DNA of 64,000 nt from Thermoanaerobaculia bacterium (GTDB lineage Bacteria > Acidobacteriota > Thermoanaerobaculia > Gp7-AA8). Shown piece by piece: positions 8,501 through 17,200 of this stretch. The DNA is taken from contig DASPHC010000055.1 of NCBI GenBank assembly GCA_035629865.1, positions 70,940 to 134,939 of the forward strand. Direction: 5' to 3'. Made by a program: the position numbers and the translations under genes. The notes under the pieces are model-generated. The model did no database searches. It had not been told where the DNA came from and saw nothing but the letters and a program-made list of their open reading frames with translations. Position 1 is the stretch's first letter, and every line of letters begins with the position of its first letter.

Positions 8501-10866
8501 GCATCGACGAGAAGATCGGCGCGTTCGAGCATGAGGCGCTGGCGCGGGAGAACCTGGCCGACGCGCTGGAGATGCTCGGCAAGTGGAACGAGGCTCTGGA
8601 GCAGTATCGCCGCTGCCTCAGCCTGGAAGGGTTCGACGAGACGCGCGCGTCGCGGCTGTCGGTGTACGTCCCGCTGGCGCGCCTGACGAAGAAGCGCGGC
8701 GACATCAACAAGTCGATCGAGTACGCGCACAAGGCCATGGCCGCCGGCGAGCGCGCCCGCGACGTAGACCTGATTGCCGAGGCGGCGTACGTGCTGGCGT
8801 CGATCGAAGACGAGCGGGGGAACGCGGAGGAGGCGGAGAAGTACCTTCTGCGTGCAATGCAGATCTACGAGGCCAACCACACCCTGCACGGGCTGGCCCG
8901 CTCGCACACCGCGGCGGCCTGCATGGTGCTGACGAAGGGCGACATCGACGGGGCGGTCAAGCACGCGCAGATCGCGGAACAGTACGCGCGGCAGCTCGGC
9001 GACCGCTTCTCGCTGGCGAAGAACGACTGGGCGTGGGCGAAGATCGAGAGCTCGCGCGGCGAGCGCGAGGCGGCGACGGCGAAGTTCGACTCGGTGCGGG
9101 CGGCGTTCGAGGAGCTCGACACGCCGTACGAGCTGGGGCGGCTGATGTTCGACATCGGCCTGCTGCGCGACGAGCCGGAAGAGGCGACCCAGACCATCCG
9201 CAGCGCCATCCGGATCTTCGAGAAGCTCGACGCCACGCATGACCTGGAGCGGGCGCGCGGCGCGCTGTTCCGCATCCGCCCGGCCGGCAAGGCGCCGGAG
9301 CAGGGCGTGGTCGGCCTCTACGAGGTCGTCAAGATCATCAACTCGACGCTGAATCTCGAGGAAGTGCTGAGCCGCGTCCTCGACGTCTGCATCCGCAGGC
9401 TGCGCGCCGAGCGAGGCATGATCCTGCTGCTCGACCCGCTGACCAACGCGCTCCGCACGCGCGTGGTCCGCAACATCAAAGACGGCGCGGAAGGGGAGTC
9501 GAAGCGCTCGCCGCAGTCGATCGTCAAGGAAGTGATCCAGACCGGGCAGTCGGTGATGTCCGCCGACGCGCGGGCCGATCATCGCTTCGTGGAGTCGGAG
9601 TCGGTGATCGCGGAGAACATCATCTCCATCCTCTGCGCGCCGCTCATCATCAAGGAACGGATCTCGGGCGCCATCTACATCGACCACCGCCAGGCGCGGC
9701 ACCTCTTCTCGCAGAAGGACCTCAGCTTCCTGGAGGCGTTCGCCGACCAGGCGGCCATCGCGATCGAGAACGCGCGGCTCTACGAGGAGCTCGAGGAAGC
9801 GCGCACGCGGCTGTCGCTCGAGAACGAGACCCTGCGCCGCGAGGTGCTGGTCGAGAAGCATCTCGACTCGGTGATCGGACAGTCCGAGGTGGTGGCCAAG
9901 ATCCAGTTCGCGGTCCGCAAGGCTTCCGCCGGACACTCGACGGTGCTGGTGCGCGGCGAGTCCGGCACGGGCAAGGGCCTCATCGCCCGGATCATCCACA
10001 ACATCGGACCGCGCCGGAACGGGCCGTTCATCAAGTTCAACTGTGCCGCGCTGCCGGAGACGCTGGCGGAGTCGGAGCTGTTCGGCCACGAAAAAGGCGC
10101 GTTCACCGGCGCGGACCGCCGCAAGCTGGGACGCTTCGAGCTGGCCAACCATGGCACGATCTTCCTCGACGAGATCGGGAAGATGTCGCTGGCCATGCAG
10201 GCCAAGCTGCTGCGCGTGGTGGAGGACAAGGAGTTCGAGCGCGTCGGCGGAACGCAGACCATCAAGACCGACGTGAAGATCGTCACCGCCACGAACCTCG
10301 AGCTGGAGAAGGCGATCGAGGACAACACCTTCCGCGAGGACCTCTTCTACCGGCTGAACATCATCCCGATCATGCTCCCGCCGCTGCGCGACCGGAAGGA
10401 CGACATCCCGCTGCTGGCCGAGCATTTCATCCGCAAGATCTGCAAGGACCTCGGCGTCGACAACAAACGCCTCGAGCCGGGCGTGCTCGATCTCTTCATG
10501 CGCTACGACTGGCCGGGCAACGTCCGCGAGCTGGAGTCGACGCTGCACCGCGCCATCGTCATGTCCAATGGCGACATGATGACCAGGACCGACTTCTACA
10601 CCCTCTACTCGGCCCAGGCCCCGGCGCTGGTTGTCGCCGACGCCGCGTCGACGATGCCGAGCTCCATCACCGGACCGCTGGCCGGGAAGATGGAGATCAC
10701 CAGCGAGGTCTACGACGAGGTGATGTCCGCGGTCGACAAGCAGCTCATCCTCCGCGCCCTGGAAAGCTGCGGCGGCCGGATCCGCGAAGCCGCCCGCCGC
10801 CTCGGCCTGGCCAGGAACACGCTGAAGTCGAAGATCCAGAAGTACAACATCGCCGTGAGAGAGTAG
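5560..10866 (+). CDS. Giant signalling protein (1768 aa): Ser/Thr kinase, STAND/AAA P-loop NTPase, TPR array, GAF domain, sigma54-interaction AAA+ domain and Fis-type HTH. It is a kinase-fused bacterial enhancer-binding protein.
   Basis: Kinase motifs HLDLKPSNILV, DFGLA, APE. Walker A GGEGMGKSR (~aa 320). Many TPR-like repeats (aa ~700-1250). GAF-like segment (ILLLDPLTNALRTR...AIYIDHR). Sigma54 activator motifs GESGTGKGLIARIIH, ELFGHEKGAFTGA (GAFTGA), GTIFLDEIG. C-terminal HTH RIREAARRLGLARNTLKSKIQKYNI. The long minus-strand ORF 5539..11340 is antisense artefact. Confidence 0.85.
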   Translation: MTTTIEGVAPDVALPPRYQIRQVLKQTAETSVFRVFDVPDRRDEAIKILCHEVTDPQQLLRFKTEFATLASLEHASVIKVYDFGVLQDRYPYFTMEFFAGKRITEFFDGQNWDALFDVILQIASGLHHIHHLGIVHLDLKPSNILVSEDGKAKIMDFGLAIESRRVFDRKIRGTLQYMAPEVLRQDRVDSRADLYALGMTLYETVTGALPGYGRPSIEVIRMHLDEEIRRPSSINPRVPEALEQIIMKMLEKDPRHRFPSAAALLQAVAEAAGKKAPAAELLVGRGELFAAPLIGRKNEVDQLMHLIVEARDGRGDGVILAGGEGMGKSRIVRDVTLRAQLDGGRVFTGRCPVNRKTIYAPFFDIFQQMVSAVNPEADVSEEIRRILRPVVGSAGPDTSPPRHGQKFRLYNRIVQSMQDLYGFLSVGSETGGSPLILVIEDLQWADPSTAELFSFLVGEAKQNKLLVIGTLTLDSHGEASIESPSPSLAFWELRAREASFPIVRVETLTEPLVREHVQSLLGDTKVSDELVRWMLWESAGTPLNIRRIIDYLITHDYLQWTPGGWTADMDRIRVLRIPGGFASILMEKAEALTPEQRTLLDIASVVGESMDLELLTRLSDATPEETFASLRELTRLGLLDESNDGNIITFPQMHLRETVYNAMPERRRTELHLRVGEAMEPAANDGSTQLVGQVAYHFSRANDIERGTRCSIEAGDLASRTLAHEEATEFYRVALEMMDLGGVEEARKAEVREKLADAYYRRDDYRSAIHAYQFLLKSIQSRHPDDDANVDVARVMKKIGKVLARRGEQETAMTYYQGALAIYERLGQTVDVAEMLNRIAWMYRMRDDFTTARETAERARVMLETMEPTVVYGYVKNILGLIEFAGGNWQRSRELLTESLAIGEKLGSEQLCKVASMNLGNTVWKLGEWETALQYFRKNLERSEGEGDLWDLVTAYNNVGVVEYGRGNFHAAAELFEKSVRIDEKIGAFEHEALARENLADALEMLGKWNEALEQYRRCLSLEGFDETRASRLSVYVPLARLTKKRGDINKSIEYAHKAMAAGERARDVDLIAEAAYVLASIEDERGNAEEAEKYLLRAMQIYEANHTLHGLARSHTAAACMVLTKGDIDGAVKHAQIAEQYARQLGDRFSLAKNDWAWAKIESSRGEREAATAKFDSVRAAFEELDTPYELGRLMFDIGLLRDEPEEATQTIRSAIRIFEKLDATHDLERARGALFRIRPAGKAPEQGVVGLYEVVKIINSTLNLEEVLSRVLDVCIRRLRAERGMILLLDPLTNALRTRVVRNIKDGAEGESKRSPQSIVKEVIQTGQSVMSADARADHRFVESESVIAENIISILCAPLIIKERISGAIYIDHRQARHLFSQKDLSFLEAFADQAAIAIENARLYEELEEARTRLSLENETLRREVLVEKHLDSVIGQSEVVAKIQFAVRKASAGHSTVLVRGESGTGKGLIARIIHNIGPRRNGPFIKFNCAALPETLAESELFGHEKGAFTGADRRKLGRFELANHGTIFLDEIGKMSLAMQAKLLRVVEDKEFERVGGTQTIKTDVKIVTATNLELEKAIEDNTFREDLFYRLNIIPIMLPPLRDRKDDIPLLAEHFIRKICKDLGVDNKRLEPGVLDLFMRYDWPGNVRELESTLHRAIVMSNGDMMTRTDFYTLYSAQAPALVVADAASTMPSSITGPLAGKMEITSEVYDEVMSAVDKQLILRALESCGGRIREAARRLGLARNTLKSKIQKYNIAVRE

Positions 10867-10935
10867 AGACTGGTTGCTGGTTGTCTGGGCGTTTCGGTTC
10901 TTGCGGGACGTATGCGCGACGTCATCGGGCAAAAT

Positions 10936-11198
10936 CCTTACGGCGAGACGCCGCCGCCGGCGGGACGCCGCCGGACCAGCCGACGAGGACGTCGGCGCTC
11001 CAGGCGCGGACCGCGGTTCTCGCGAATCGGGCCGTCCGCAGTTCTCGCGAATCGGGCCGTCCGCGGTTCTCGCGAATCGAAACGTCGGCATTCCAGCGCA
11101 CGACCGATGCTCGTGAACGGAGGTCCGCGCGTGGAGCGCCGACGTCCTCGTCGGCTGGCCCGGCGGCGTCCCGCCGGCGCACGGCGTCTCGCCGTAAG
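10936..11198. repeat. MITE-like element with ~75-bp near-perfect terminal inverted repeats (CCTTACGGCGAGACGCC...) and three internal tandem 24-bp repeats (GGTTCTCGCGAATCGGGCCGTCCGC)
   Basis: Left arm 10936-11010 is the reverse complement of right arm 11121-11198. Internal direct repeats sit at 11012-11085. A shorter copy occurs at 44645-44830. Confidence 0.8.
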
Positions 11199-11285
11199 GG
11201 TGGTGCCCAATCACCTGGTAGCGCGGTATCCTTGTCCTGGTGAACGCCGGTTCCGCCCGGCGGGTGTGCGAAAAGGGGAGGGCCA

Positions 11286-11482
11286 TGGCTGTCGTCGAAA
11301 CCGCCGTACGGGACCTCGAGAATATCCAGATGAGTCTCATCCGGCTTCACGCTCTTCTCGCGCAGCACACCATGTCGGTCTCCGACCGCCATCGCGTCGA
11401 CAGCTACTTCGACGCGTTCGCGTCCGATCTCGTCGGACTCGAAGAGTTTTTGCGCAGCATGCCCACCACTTCGCGAACGTAA
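11286..11482 (+). CDS. Small hypothetical protein (65 aa)
   Basis: ORF with a good RBS (aggggagggccATG); no recognisable motifs. Start chosen at the internal Met preceded by the RBS. Confidence 0.3.
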
Positions 11483-11488
11483 TCCGGC

Positions 11489-14038
11489 TCACGTTTCCGG
11501 CGGCGGCTCTCCGAGCATCGAGGCCTTGTTGCGGCGGAAGCGGCCCGTGGCGAGCAGCGCCGGCAGGAGCGTGATCGAGGCCAGGCAGCTCAACGCGATT
11601 CCGACGACCGAGGCGAGGCCGATCGACCGGACGCCGGGATAGTGCGAGATGGCGAAGGACGCGAAGCCGAGGATCGACATCAGCGCCGCGAGCACGACCG
11701 CGCGGCCGGTCTCCTGCGCGTTCTCCGGGAAATCGTCGGGCGACTCGTCGTAGCGCTGCAGCATGTACACGGCGTAGTCGGTCGCCGTGCCGACGAGCAT
11801 CAGTCCGACGAAGACGTTCATGAAGTTGAACTCGATCCCGGACGTGGCCATGAACCCGAGCATGCAGGTGCATCCGGCGATGAACGGCACGAAGACGAAG
11901 CATGCCCGCGCGAACGAGCGGAAGCCGCCCCAGACCAGCACGAACACGAGCACGAGACCGAGGAGGCTGGCCCGCGTTGCGTCGGTGCGGGTGATCGTAC
12001 GCAGCGTCTCGGAGATCAGGTTGACGCCGGTGAGCACCCCCTCGGGGTGCTTTCTGCGGAATTCCTGCATCGGCTCGGGAAGGAAGCGCGGCCACTTCCC
12101 GGTGGACGGATAGACGTAGACGATCGACATGTAGCCGGTGGGCGTTTTCTTGAGGAACCGCTGCAGCGATTCGCCGAGGCCGAGGCTCTGGAGCTTCTCG
12201 ACCGTGAGCGGCGCGCGCTGCCCGAGCGCCTGCGCGTACAGCGGCAGCACGTCGTCATACGCGTCGGGACGGAAGCCATTGTCCACGAGCGCCTGGCGGA
12301 ATGTCCGTTCGACGCGCGCGTACGAAAACTCGCCCTGCTCGCCGCGCCGGAGGCGGTCGATGACCAAGCCCTGCTGGCCCTCGCCGGGAAGGAAGGTCGT
12401 GATGGCCTGATAGGTGCCGATCACGTCGTCGGCCACGAGGCGATCGAGATCGGCGATGGCGGCTTCCGTTTTCCGGATGGCCTCACTCGGCGTCGCGCCG
12501 CGGACTCCGTACATCATCGCGTCGAACGACTGTCCGAAGCGGCCGGTCACCTCTTCCTGCATGCGCACGGCGTCGTTGCCGGTCGCGCGAAGCCCCTGCA
12601 GGCTGTCGTTGAAGCGGACGTCCTTGGCCGCGATCCCGGTGATGATGACGACGACGATCCAACCGATGATGATTGCCTTCGGTCTTGCGAGACTGGCCCG
12701 CACGATCCGGCCCGAGCCGAGAGCGTGCACGCGCAGCTTCCGCTTCGCGCCGCGCCGCCGCTCCACGAGGACCAGCACCGCCGGGAAGACGAAGATGACG
12801 CAGAGCAGGAAGATGAGGATGCCGCTGCCGGTGAGGAATCCGAGCTCTGTCATTCCCCGGAACTCGGTCGCGAGAAAGGCGTAGAACGTCGCCGCCGTGG
12901 TCAGCGCCCCGACGATGACGCCGGGGAGGGTATGGCGCATGAGCGTCCGGATCGACGCCTCGACCTCTGCGCCGCGATTGCGTTCGTCCACATAGCGCTC
13001 GTACAGCACGGTCATGAAATCGAGGCCGAGGCCGGCCAGGAGAGCGGCGAAGCCGGTGCTGGCCGCGGAGAGCGTTCCGTACATCATGGCGCCCAGGCCG
13101 AAGGTGATGATGATCGCAGCGACCATCGGTGCCGCCGCGTACAGCATCGCCGAGGGACGGCGGTAGGCGTAGAGATAGAGCAGCAGCACCCCGACCATCG
13201 AGGTGATGCTGTTGATCATCATGTCCTGCTGGATGATCTTCTCGTCCGTCGCCGCGATGGCGTAGCCGCCGGTGTAGCCGATCGTGGGCGGCGGCACTCC
13301 CTGGTTCCCTGCCGTGAACTCCTGCATCGCCTTCGCGGTGATGCCTCGCGTCTCCTGCATGAGGGCGCGGCTGAACGGCAGGTTCTGCGCGGCCTTGTGC
13401 GGCCGGCCGATGATGATGGCCGCCCCATGGTCGGAGGAGACGTAGTAGCCGCTGGAGAAGTCGATCTTCAGTCCGCCGCCGGCGTTCTGCAGCTTCTGCA
13501 TGTAGACCGGCAGGAGGTTGAACGGGTCGACGCGGACGATCTCCTTCATCGCGGTCGACTGCGGGGTCTGCAGGAGGGTCCGGTTGCGGGCGACCGACGC
13601 GCGGATGCCCTCGTCCGACAGCTTCTGCGCGACGGTGTCGAGCTGCGGGGGCGACAGGACGAGCATCGAGTAAGGGACGACCCGGTCGACGATCGCCAGC
13701 ATGTCGGGCAGTTTCCAGGTGACGCTTTCGATCCGGCTGGACTTGCCCAGCTCTTCGCCGATGCGGTCGAGCAGCGGGTAGTACGCGTCTGGCTCGCTTC
13801 CCTTCGGGAACTCGACCACGATGACGTGGAAGTCGAGCGTGCCGGTGTCTTTGAGCAGGTCGCGGAACTCGTTGACCTCTTTATTGCCGCGAGGAATGAG
13901 GTTGAGCACGTCGGGGTCGAGGCGCAGGCGCGTGGCCATCGCGCCCGAAAGCAGGACGATCACCAGCGCGACGACGAGGACGGCGCGCGGCCGGCGCAGG
14001 AGCAGCTCGGTGATGCGGTCCAGGAGGCGTCCGATCAC
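11489..14038 (-). CDS. RND-superfamily / MMPL-type membrane transporter (HpnN-like, 12 TM with two large periplasmic loops)
   Basis: 849 aa. N-terminal TM followed by a large loop, hydrophobic TM bundles, and duplicated TM1-loop-TM2-6 topology typical of RND/MMPL exporters. Confidence 0.75.
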   Translation of the reverse strand: MIGRLLDRITELLLRRPRAVLVVALVIVLLSGAMATRLRLDPDVLNLIPRGNKEVNEFRDLLKDTGTLDFHVIVVEFPKGSEPDAYYPLLDRIGEELGKSSRIESVTWKLPDMLAIVDRVVPYSMLVLSPPQLDTVAQKLSDEGIRASVARNRTLLQTPQSTAMKEIVRVDPFNLLPVYMQKLQNAGGGLKIDFSSGYYVSSDHGAAIIIGRPHKAAQNLPFSRALMQETRGITAKAMQEFTAGNQGVPPPTIGYTGGYAIAATDEKIIQQDMMINSITSMVGVLLLYLYAYRRPSAMLYAAAPMVAAIIITFGLGAMMYGTLSAASTGFAALLAGLGLDFMTVLYERYVDERNRGAEVEASIRTLMRHTLPGVIVGALTTAATFYAFLATEFRGMTELGFLTGSGILIFLLCVIFVFPAVLVLVERRRGAKRKLRVHALGSGRIVRASLARPKAIIIGWIVVVIITGIAAKDVRFNDSLQGLRATGNDAVRMQEEVTGRFGQSFDAMMYGVRGATPSEAIRKTEAAIADLDRLVADDVIGTYQAITTFLPGEGQQGLVIDRLRRGEQGEFSYARVERTFRQALVDNGFRPDAYDDVLPLYAQALGQRAPLTVEKLQSLGLGESLQRFLKKTPTGYMSIVYVYPSTGKWPRFLPEPMQEFRRKHPEGVLTGVNLISETLRTITRTDATRASLLGLVLVFVLVWGGFRSFARACFVFVPFIAGCTCMLGFMATSGIEFNFMNVFVGLMLVGTATDYAVYMLQRYDESPDDFPENAQETGRAVVLAALMSILGFASFAISHYPGVRSIGLASVVGIALSCLASITLLPALLATGRFRRNKASMLGEPPPET

Positions 14039-15735
14039 GCGGCCGTCCCGCTCATCCGCGTCAGTACGTGCTCGGTCATCGCCCTGGCCAGTACGTGCTC
14101 GCCCATGAACACCTCCCCAGCCTTCTCCTGGCGCAGCATCTCCGCCTCTTCATCGCTGTGCGTCCGCAGCACGATCTCGATCTTCGGGTTCAGCTTTCGG
14201 GCCACTTCGATCATCTTCCTCACCCCGATCGTGTCGGGCGTCGCGATCACGAGCATCGCCGCGCGCGCGACGTGCGCCTGGATGAGCACGGCCGGGTCGC
14301 TGGCATCGCCGGAGACGGCGTGGGCTCCCTCCTCGCGCAGCTTTTCGACGACGTCGCGGTTCTGCTCGGCGATGGTGTACGGGATGTTGCGCTCCCGCAG
14401 GGCCGCGGCGATCCGCCTCCCGACCCGGCCGTAGCCGACGATGGCCACGTGCCCGGTGAGCAGCGCGGCGTCGACGCTGGTCGGCAGCGCGGAAAGAGGG
14501 TCGGCCAGCCCTTCGAGCTTGCGCGCGAGCGCCGAGCGCGCGCGAATCCACCGCTGGGCCGGCTCGACGGCCGCGAAGACGGCGGGGTTGAGGGCGATCG
14601 AGATGAGCGCACCGGCGAGAATCAGGCTCCGTCCTTCCTCTGGCAGGAGACCGTACTCCACGCCGAGTCCGGCCAGGATGAACGAGAATTCGCCGATCTG
14701 GGCGAGGCTTGCACCGACGATGAGTGCGGTATTGAGCGGGTAGCGGAACAACAGCACGAGCGCGATCGCCGCCAGGGTCTTGCCGAAGATGATGATGGCC
14801 GCGACCGCCAGGACGGCCTTCGGCTCGCGGACCACCACGGCCGGGTCGAACAGCATCCCGACGGAGACGAAGAAGAGCACCGCGAAGGCGTCGCGCAGCG
14901 GCAGCGACTCGTCCGCCGCGCGGTGGCTGAAGCTCGATTCGCGCATCATCATCCCGGCGAAGAAAGCGCCGAGCGCGAAGGAGACGCCGAACAAGGCCGC
15001 CGCGCCATAGGCGACGCCGACCGCCGCTGCGACGACGCAGAGCGTGAACAGCTCCCGAGACCCGGTCTTCGCCACGAGCCAGAGGATCCGCGGGAAAAGA
15101 CGCCGGCCGACGACCAGCATGAGAACGATGAACGCCCCGACTTTCGCGAACGTCAGCGCCAGCGCCGCTCCGATGCCCGGCCCGCCGGCCGTGCCGTGCG
15201 CGGTGCCGCCGAGCACGCCGGCGAGGGGCGGCAGCAGCACGAGCACGAGGACCATGACCAGGTCTTCGACGATGAGCCAGCCGACCGCGATGCGGCCGTT
15301 GAACGTTTCCAGGGCGCCGCGCGATTCGAGGGCCTTGAGCAGGACTACCGTGCTGGCGACCGAGAGCGCGAGACCGAACACCAGTCCGGCGCCGAAGGTC
15401 CAGCCCCAGAGCATCGCCGTGACCGTGCCCAGCACGGTCGCCACAAGGATCTGCACCACGGCACCGGGGAGGGCAATGGCGCGGACGGAGGCGAGATCTT
15501 CCAGCGAGAAGTGCAACCCGACGCCGAACATCAGCAGCATGACGCCGATCTCGGCGAGCTGTCCGGCGAGGGCCACGTCCGCGACGAAGCCGCGCGTGTG
15601 CGGTCCGATAGCGATGCCGGCGAGGAGATAGCCGACCAGGGGAGGAAGGTTCAGCCGCGCCGCGATGAAGCCCAGGATCATCGCCAGGCCGAGGCCGGCC
15701 GCGATGGTCGTGATCAGGTTGACGTCGTGTGGCAC
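14035..15735 (-). CDS. Monovalent cation:proton antiporter (CPA2, Kef-type) with C-terminal RCK/TrkA-N NAD-binding domain
   Basis: Multi-TM N-terminal region (LPPLVGYLLAGIAIGP), C-terminal GHVAIVGYGRVGRRIA Rossmann motif. 4-bp overlap with the downstream RND gene. Confidence 0.8.
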   Translation of the reverse strand: MPHDVNLITTIAAGLGLAMILGFIAARLNLPPLVGYLLAGIAIGPHTRGFVADVALAGQLAEIGVMLLMFGVGLHFSLEDLASVRAIALPGAVVQILVATVLGTVTAMLWGWTFGAGLVFGLALSVASTVVLLKALESRGALETFNGRIAVGWLIVEDLVMVLVLVLLPPLAGVLGGTAHGTAGGPGIGAALALTFAKVGAFIVLMLVVGRRLFPRILWLVAKTGSRELFTLCVVAAAVGVAYGAAALFGVSFALGAFFAGMMMRESSFSHRAADESLPLRDAFAVLFFVSVGMLFDPAVVVREPKAVLAVAAIIIFGKTLAAIALVLLFRYPLNTALIVGASLAQIGEFSFILAGLGVEYGLLPEEGRSLILAGALISIALNPAVFAAVEPAQRWIRARSALARKLEGLADPLSALPTSVDAALLTGHVAIVGYGRVGRRIAAALRERNIPYTIAEQNRDVVEKLREEGAHAVSGDASDPAVLIQAHVARAAMLVIATPDTIGVRKMIEVARKLNPKIEIVLRTHSDEEAEMLRQEKAGEVFMGEHVLARAMTEHVLTRMSGTAA

Positions 15736-15850
15736 CGGCTTCGTTCTCCCTGGCGCCGTCCCGGTTTCGCTGACTCCGGCGGACGCGTGACGCGCATCTT
15801 AGTCGCGCCGCGCAGGAAGTAGAATCCGCAGGAGAAGCAGGGGAGGCGGA

Positions 15851-17080
15851 ATGCCGGCTGAGCAGGTGACGAAGAGCGAGGCGGAATCGATCGACAGTCT
15901 TGCCGCGGAGGCCCAGCGCCGCAGCCCGCGCGATGCAGCCGCGCTCCTGTCCTCGAGCGCGGACCGGGTGGCCGCGGAGGTGTTGCAGTCGCTCAATCCG
16001 GCCGTCGCGCAGGACATCCTCGACGAGCTGCCGGCGGACCGGCGGGGGGCCGTCCTCAACGCCGCCTCGCCGCAGCAGCGCGCGCAATGGCTGCGCAATG
16101 ACCGCTACCCCGAAGAGACCATCGGGCGTCTCATGGAGCCGCCGGCGGCGGTCTTCCGGCGCACGCAGACGATCGCCGAAACGATCGACGCCGTGCGCGA
16201 GCTCTCCAAGACCTCGCTGGTGACGTACGGATTCATCGTGGACGATGCCGGCCGGCTCTGCGGCATCGTCACCATGCGCGACCTGCTCCTCTCTCCGCAC
16301 GAGCAGCGTCTCGAGTCGGTGATGCTGCGCGATCCGTTCTTCCTGGTCCCGGAGATGGAGCTGCCGGAGGCGATGAAGCAGGTCGTGCGCCGTCACTTTC
16401 CGGTCTACCCGGTCTGCGAGGCGGACGGCACGCTGATCGGCCAGGTGCGCGGGCAGTCGATGTTCGAGGAGCAGGCGTACGAGATCAGCGCCCAGGCCGG
16501 CCGCATGGTCGGTGTCGACAAGGAGGAGCGGCTGACGACGCCGTGGGCGCGCAGCCTCCGTTTCCGGCACCCATGGCTGCAACTGAACCTGCTCACGGCG
16601 TTCATCGCGGCGGCGGTGGTCGGTCTCTTCCAGGACACGATCGACCGCATCGTCATCCTCGCGGCGTTCCTGCCGGTGCTGGCCGGGCAGTCGGGCAACA
16701 CCGGCTGTCAGGCGCTCGCCGTCGCACTGCGCGGCATGACTCTCGGCGAGCTGCAGCCCGGCAAGGAACGGGCGCTCGTGATGAAGGAGGGATTTCTCGG
16801 TCTCCTGAACGGCATGCTGGTCGGCCTCACCGCCGCCCTCGGCATGTACATCGCCGCCCGCGCGCAATCGCACCCGGCAGCGCTGACGCTCGCCGCCATC
16901 GTCTTCTGCGCGATGATCGGCAGTTGCGTCGTCAGCGGCATCGCCGGCGCCCTCATCCCCCTCACCCTCCGCCGCCTCGGCGCTGACCCCGCCACCGCCT
17001 CCAGCATCTTCCTCACCACGGCGACGGACGTGGCGAGCATGGGATTGTTTCTGACTCTGGCGACGCTGCTGGTGCGTTAG
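15851..17080 (+). CDS. mgtE: Magnesium transporter MgtE
   Basis: MgtE N-domain, tandem CBS domains, C-terminal TM region with GNTGCQALAV; RBS gcaggggaggcggaATG. Confidence 0.85.
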   Translation: MPAEQVTKSEAESIDSLAAEAQRRSPRDAAALLSSSADRVAAEVLQSLNPAVAQDILDELPADRRGAVLNAASPQQRAQWLRNDRYPEETIGRLMEPPAAVFRRTQTIAETIDAVRELSKTSLVTYGFIVDDAGRLCGIVTMRDLLLSPHEQRLESVMLRDPFFLVPEMELPEAMKQVVRRHFPVYPVCEADGTLIGQVRGQSMFEEQAYEISAQAGRMVGVDKEERLTTPWARSLRFRHPWLQLNLLTAFIAAAVVGLFQDTIDRIVILAAFLPVLAGQSGNTGCQALAVALRGMTLGELQPGKERALVMKEGFLGLLNGMLVGLTAALGMYIAARAQSHPAALTLAAIVFCAMIGSCVVSGIAGALIPLTLRRLGADPATASSIFLTTATDVASMGLFLTLATLLVR

Positions 17081-17084
17081 GGGC

Positions 17085-17200
17085 CAATGGGAGCTATGGG
17101 ACCTATGGGACAAATATGGGGTGAGCTGCCTCGTTTCATTCGTCCTATCGTCCCATAGGTCCTATTGGTCCCATTCGTCCTATCGGTCCCACATGCGTCC
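17085..17200. repeat. Cluster of short palindromes (GTCCTATAGGAC / GGACCAATAGGAC family) immediately after the mgtE stop
   Basis: Sequence reads ...gggacctatgggacaaatatgggg...gtcctatcgtcccataggtcctattggtcccattcgtcctatcggtccc. The same family recurs at 54175-54265. Confidence 0.7.

Noticed and set aside
5539-11340. 1933-aa minus-strand ORF
   Set aside because: Antisense to the 1768-aa kinase/sigma54-activator gene, which has unambiguous motifs. Its translation is extremely Arg/Ala/Leu-rich low-complexity sequence.
11642-14434. 930-aa + ORF
   Set aside because: Antisense to the RND/MMPL transporter; no motifs, His/Asp/Arg-rich.
14150-17113. 987-aa minus-strand ORF and 14068..15822 + ORF
   Set aside because: Arg/Gly/Asp-rich low-complexity translations that overlap the well-supported Kef antiporter and MgtE genes. 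These are high-GC open-frame artefacts.
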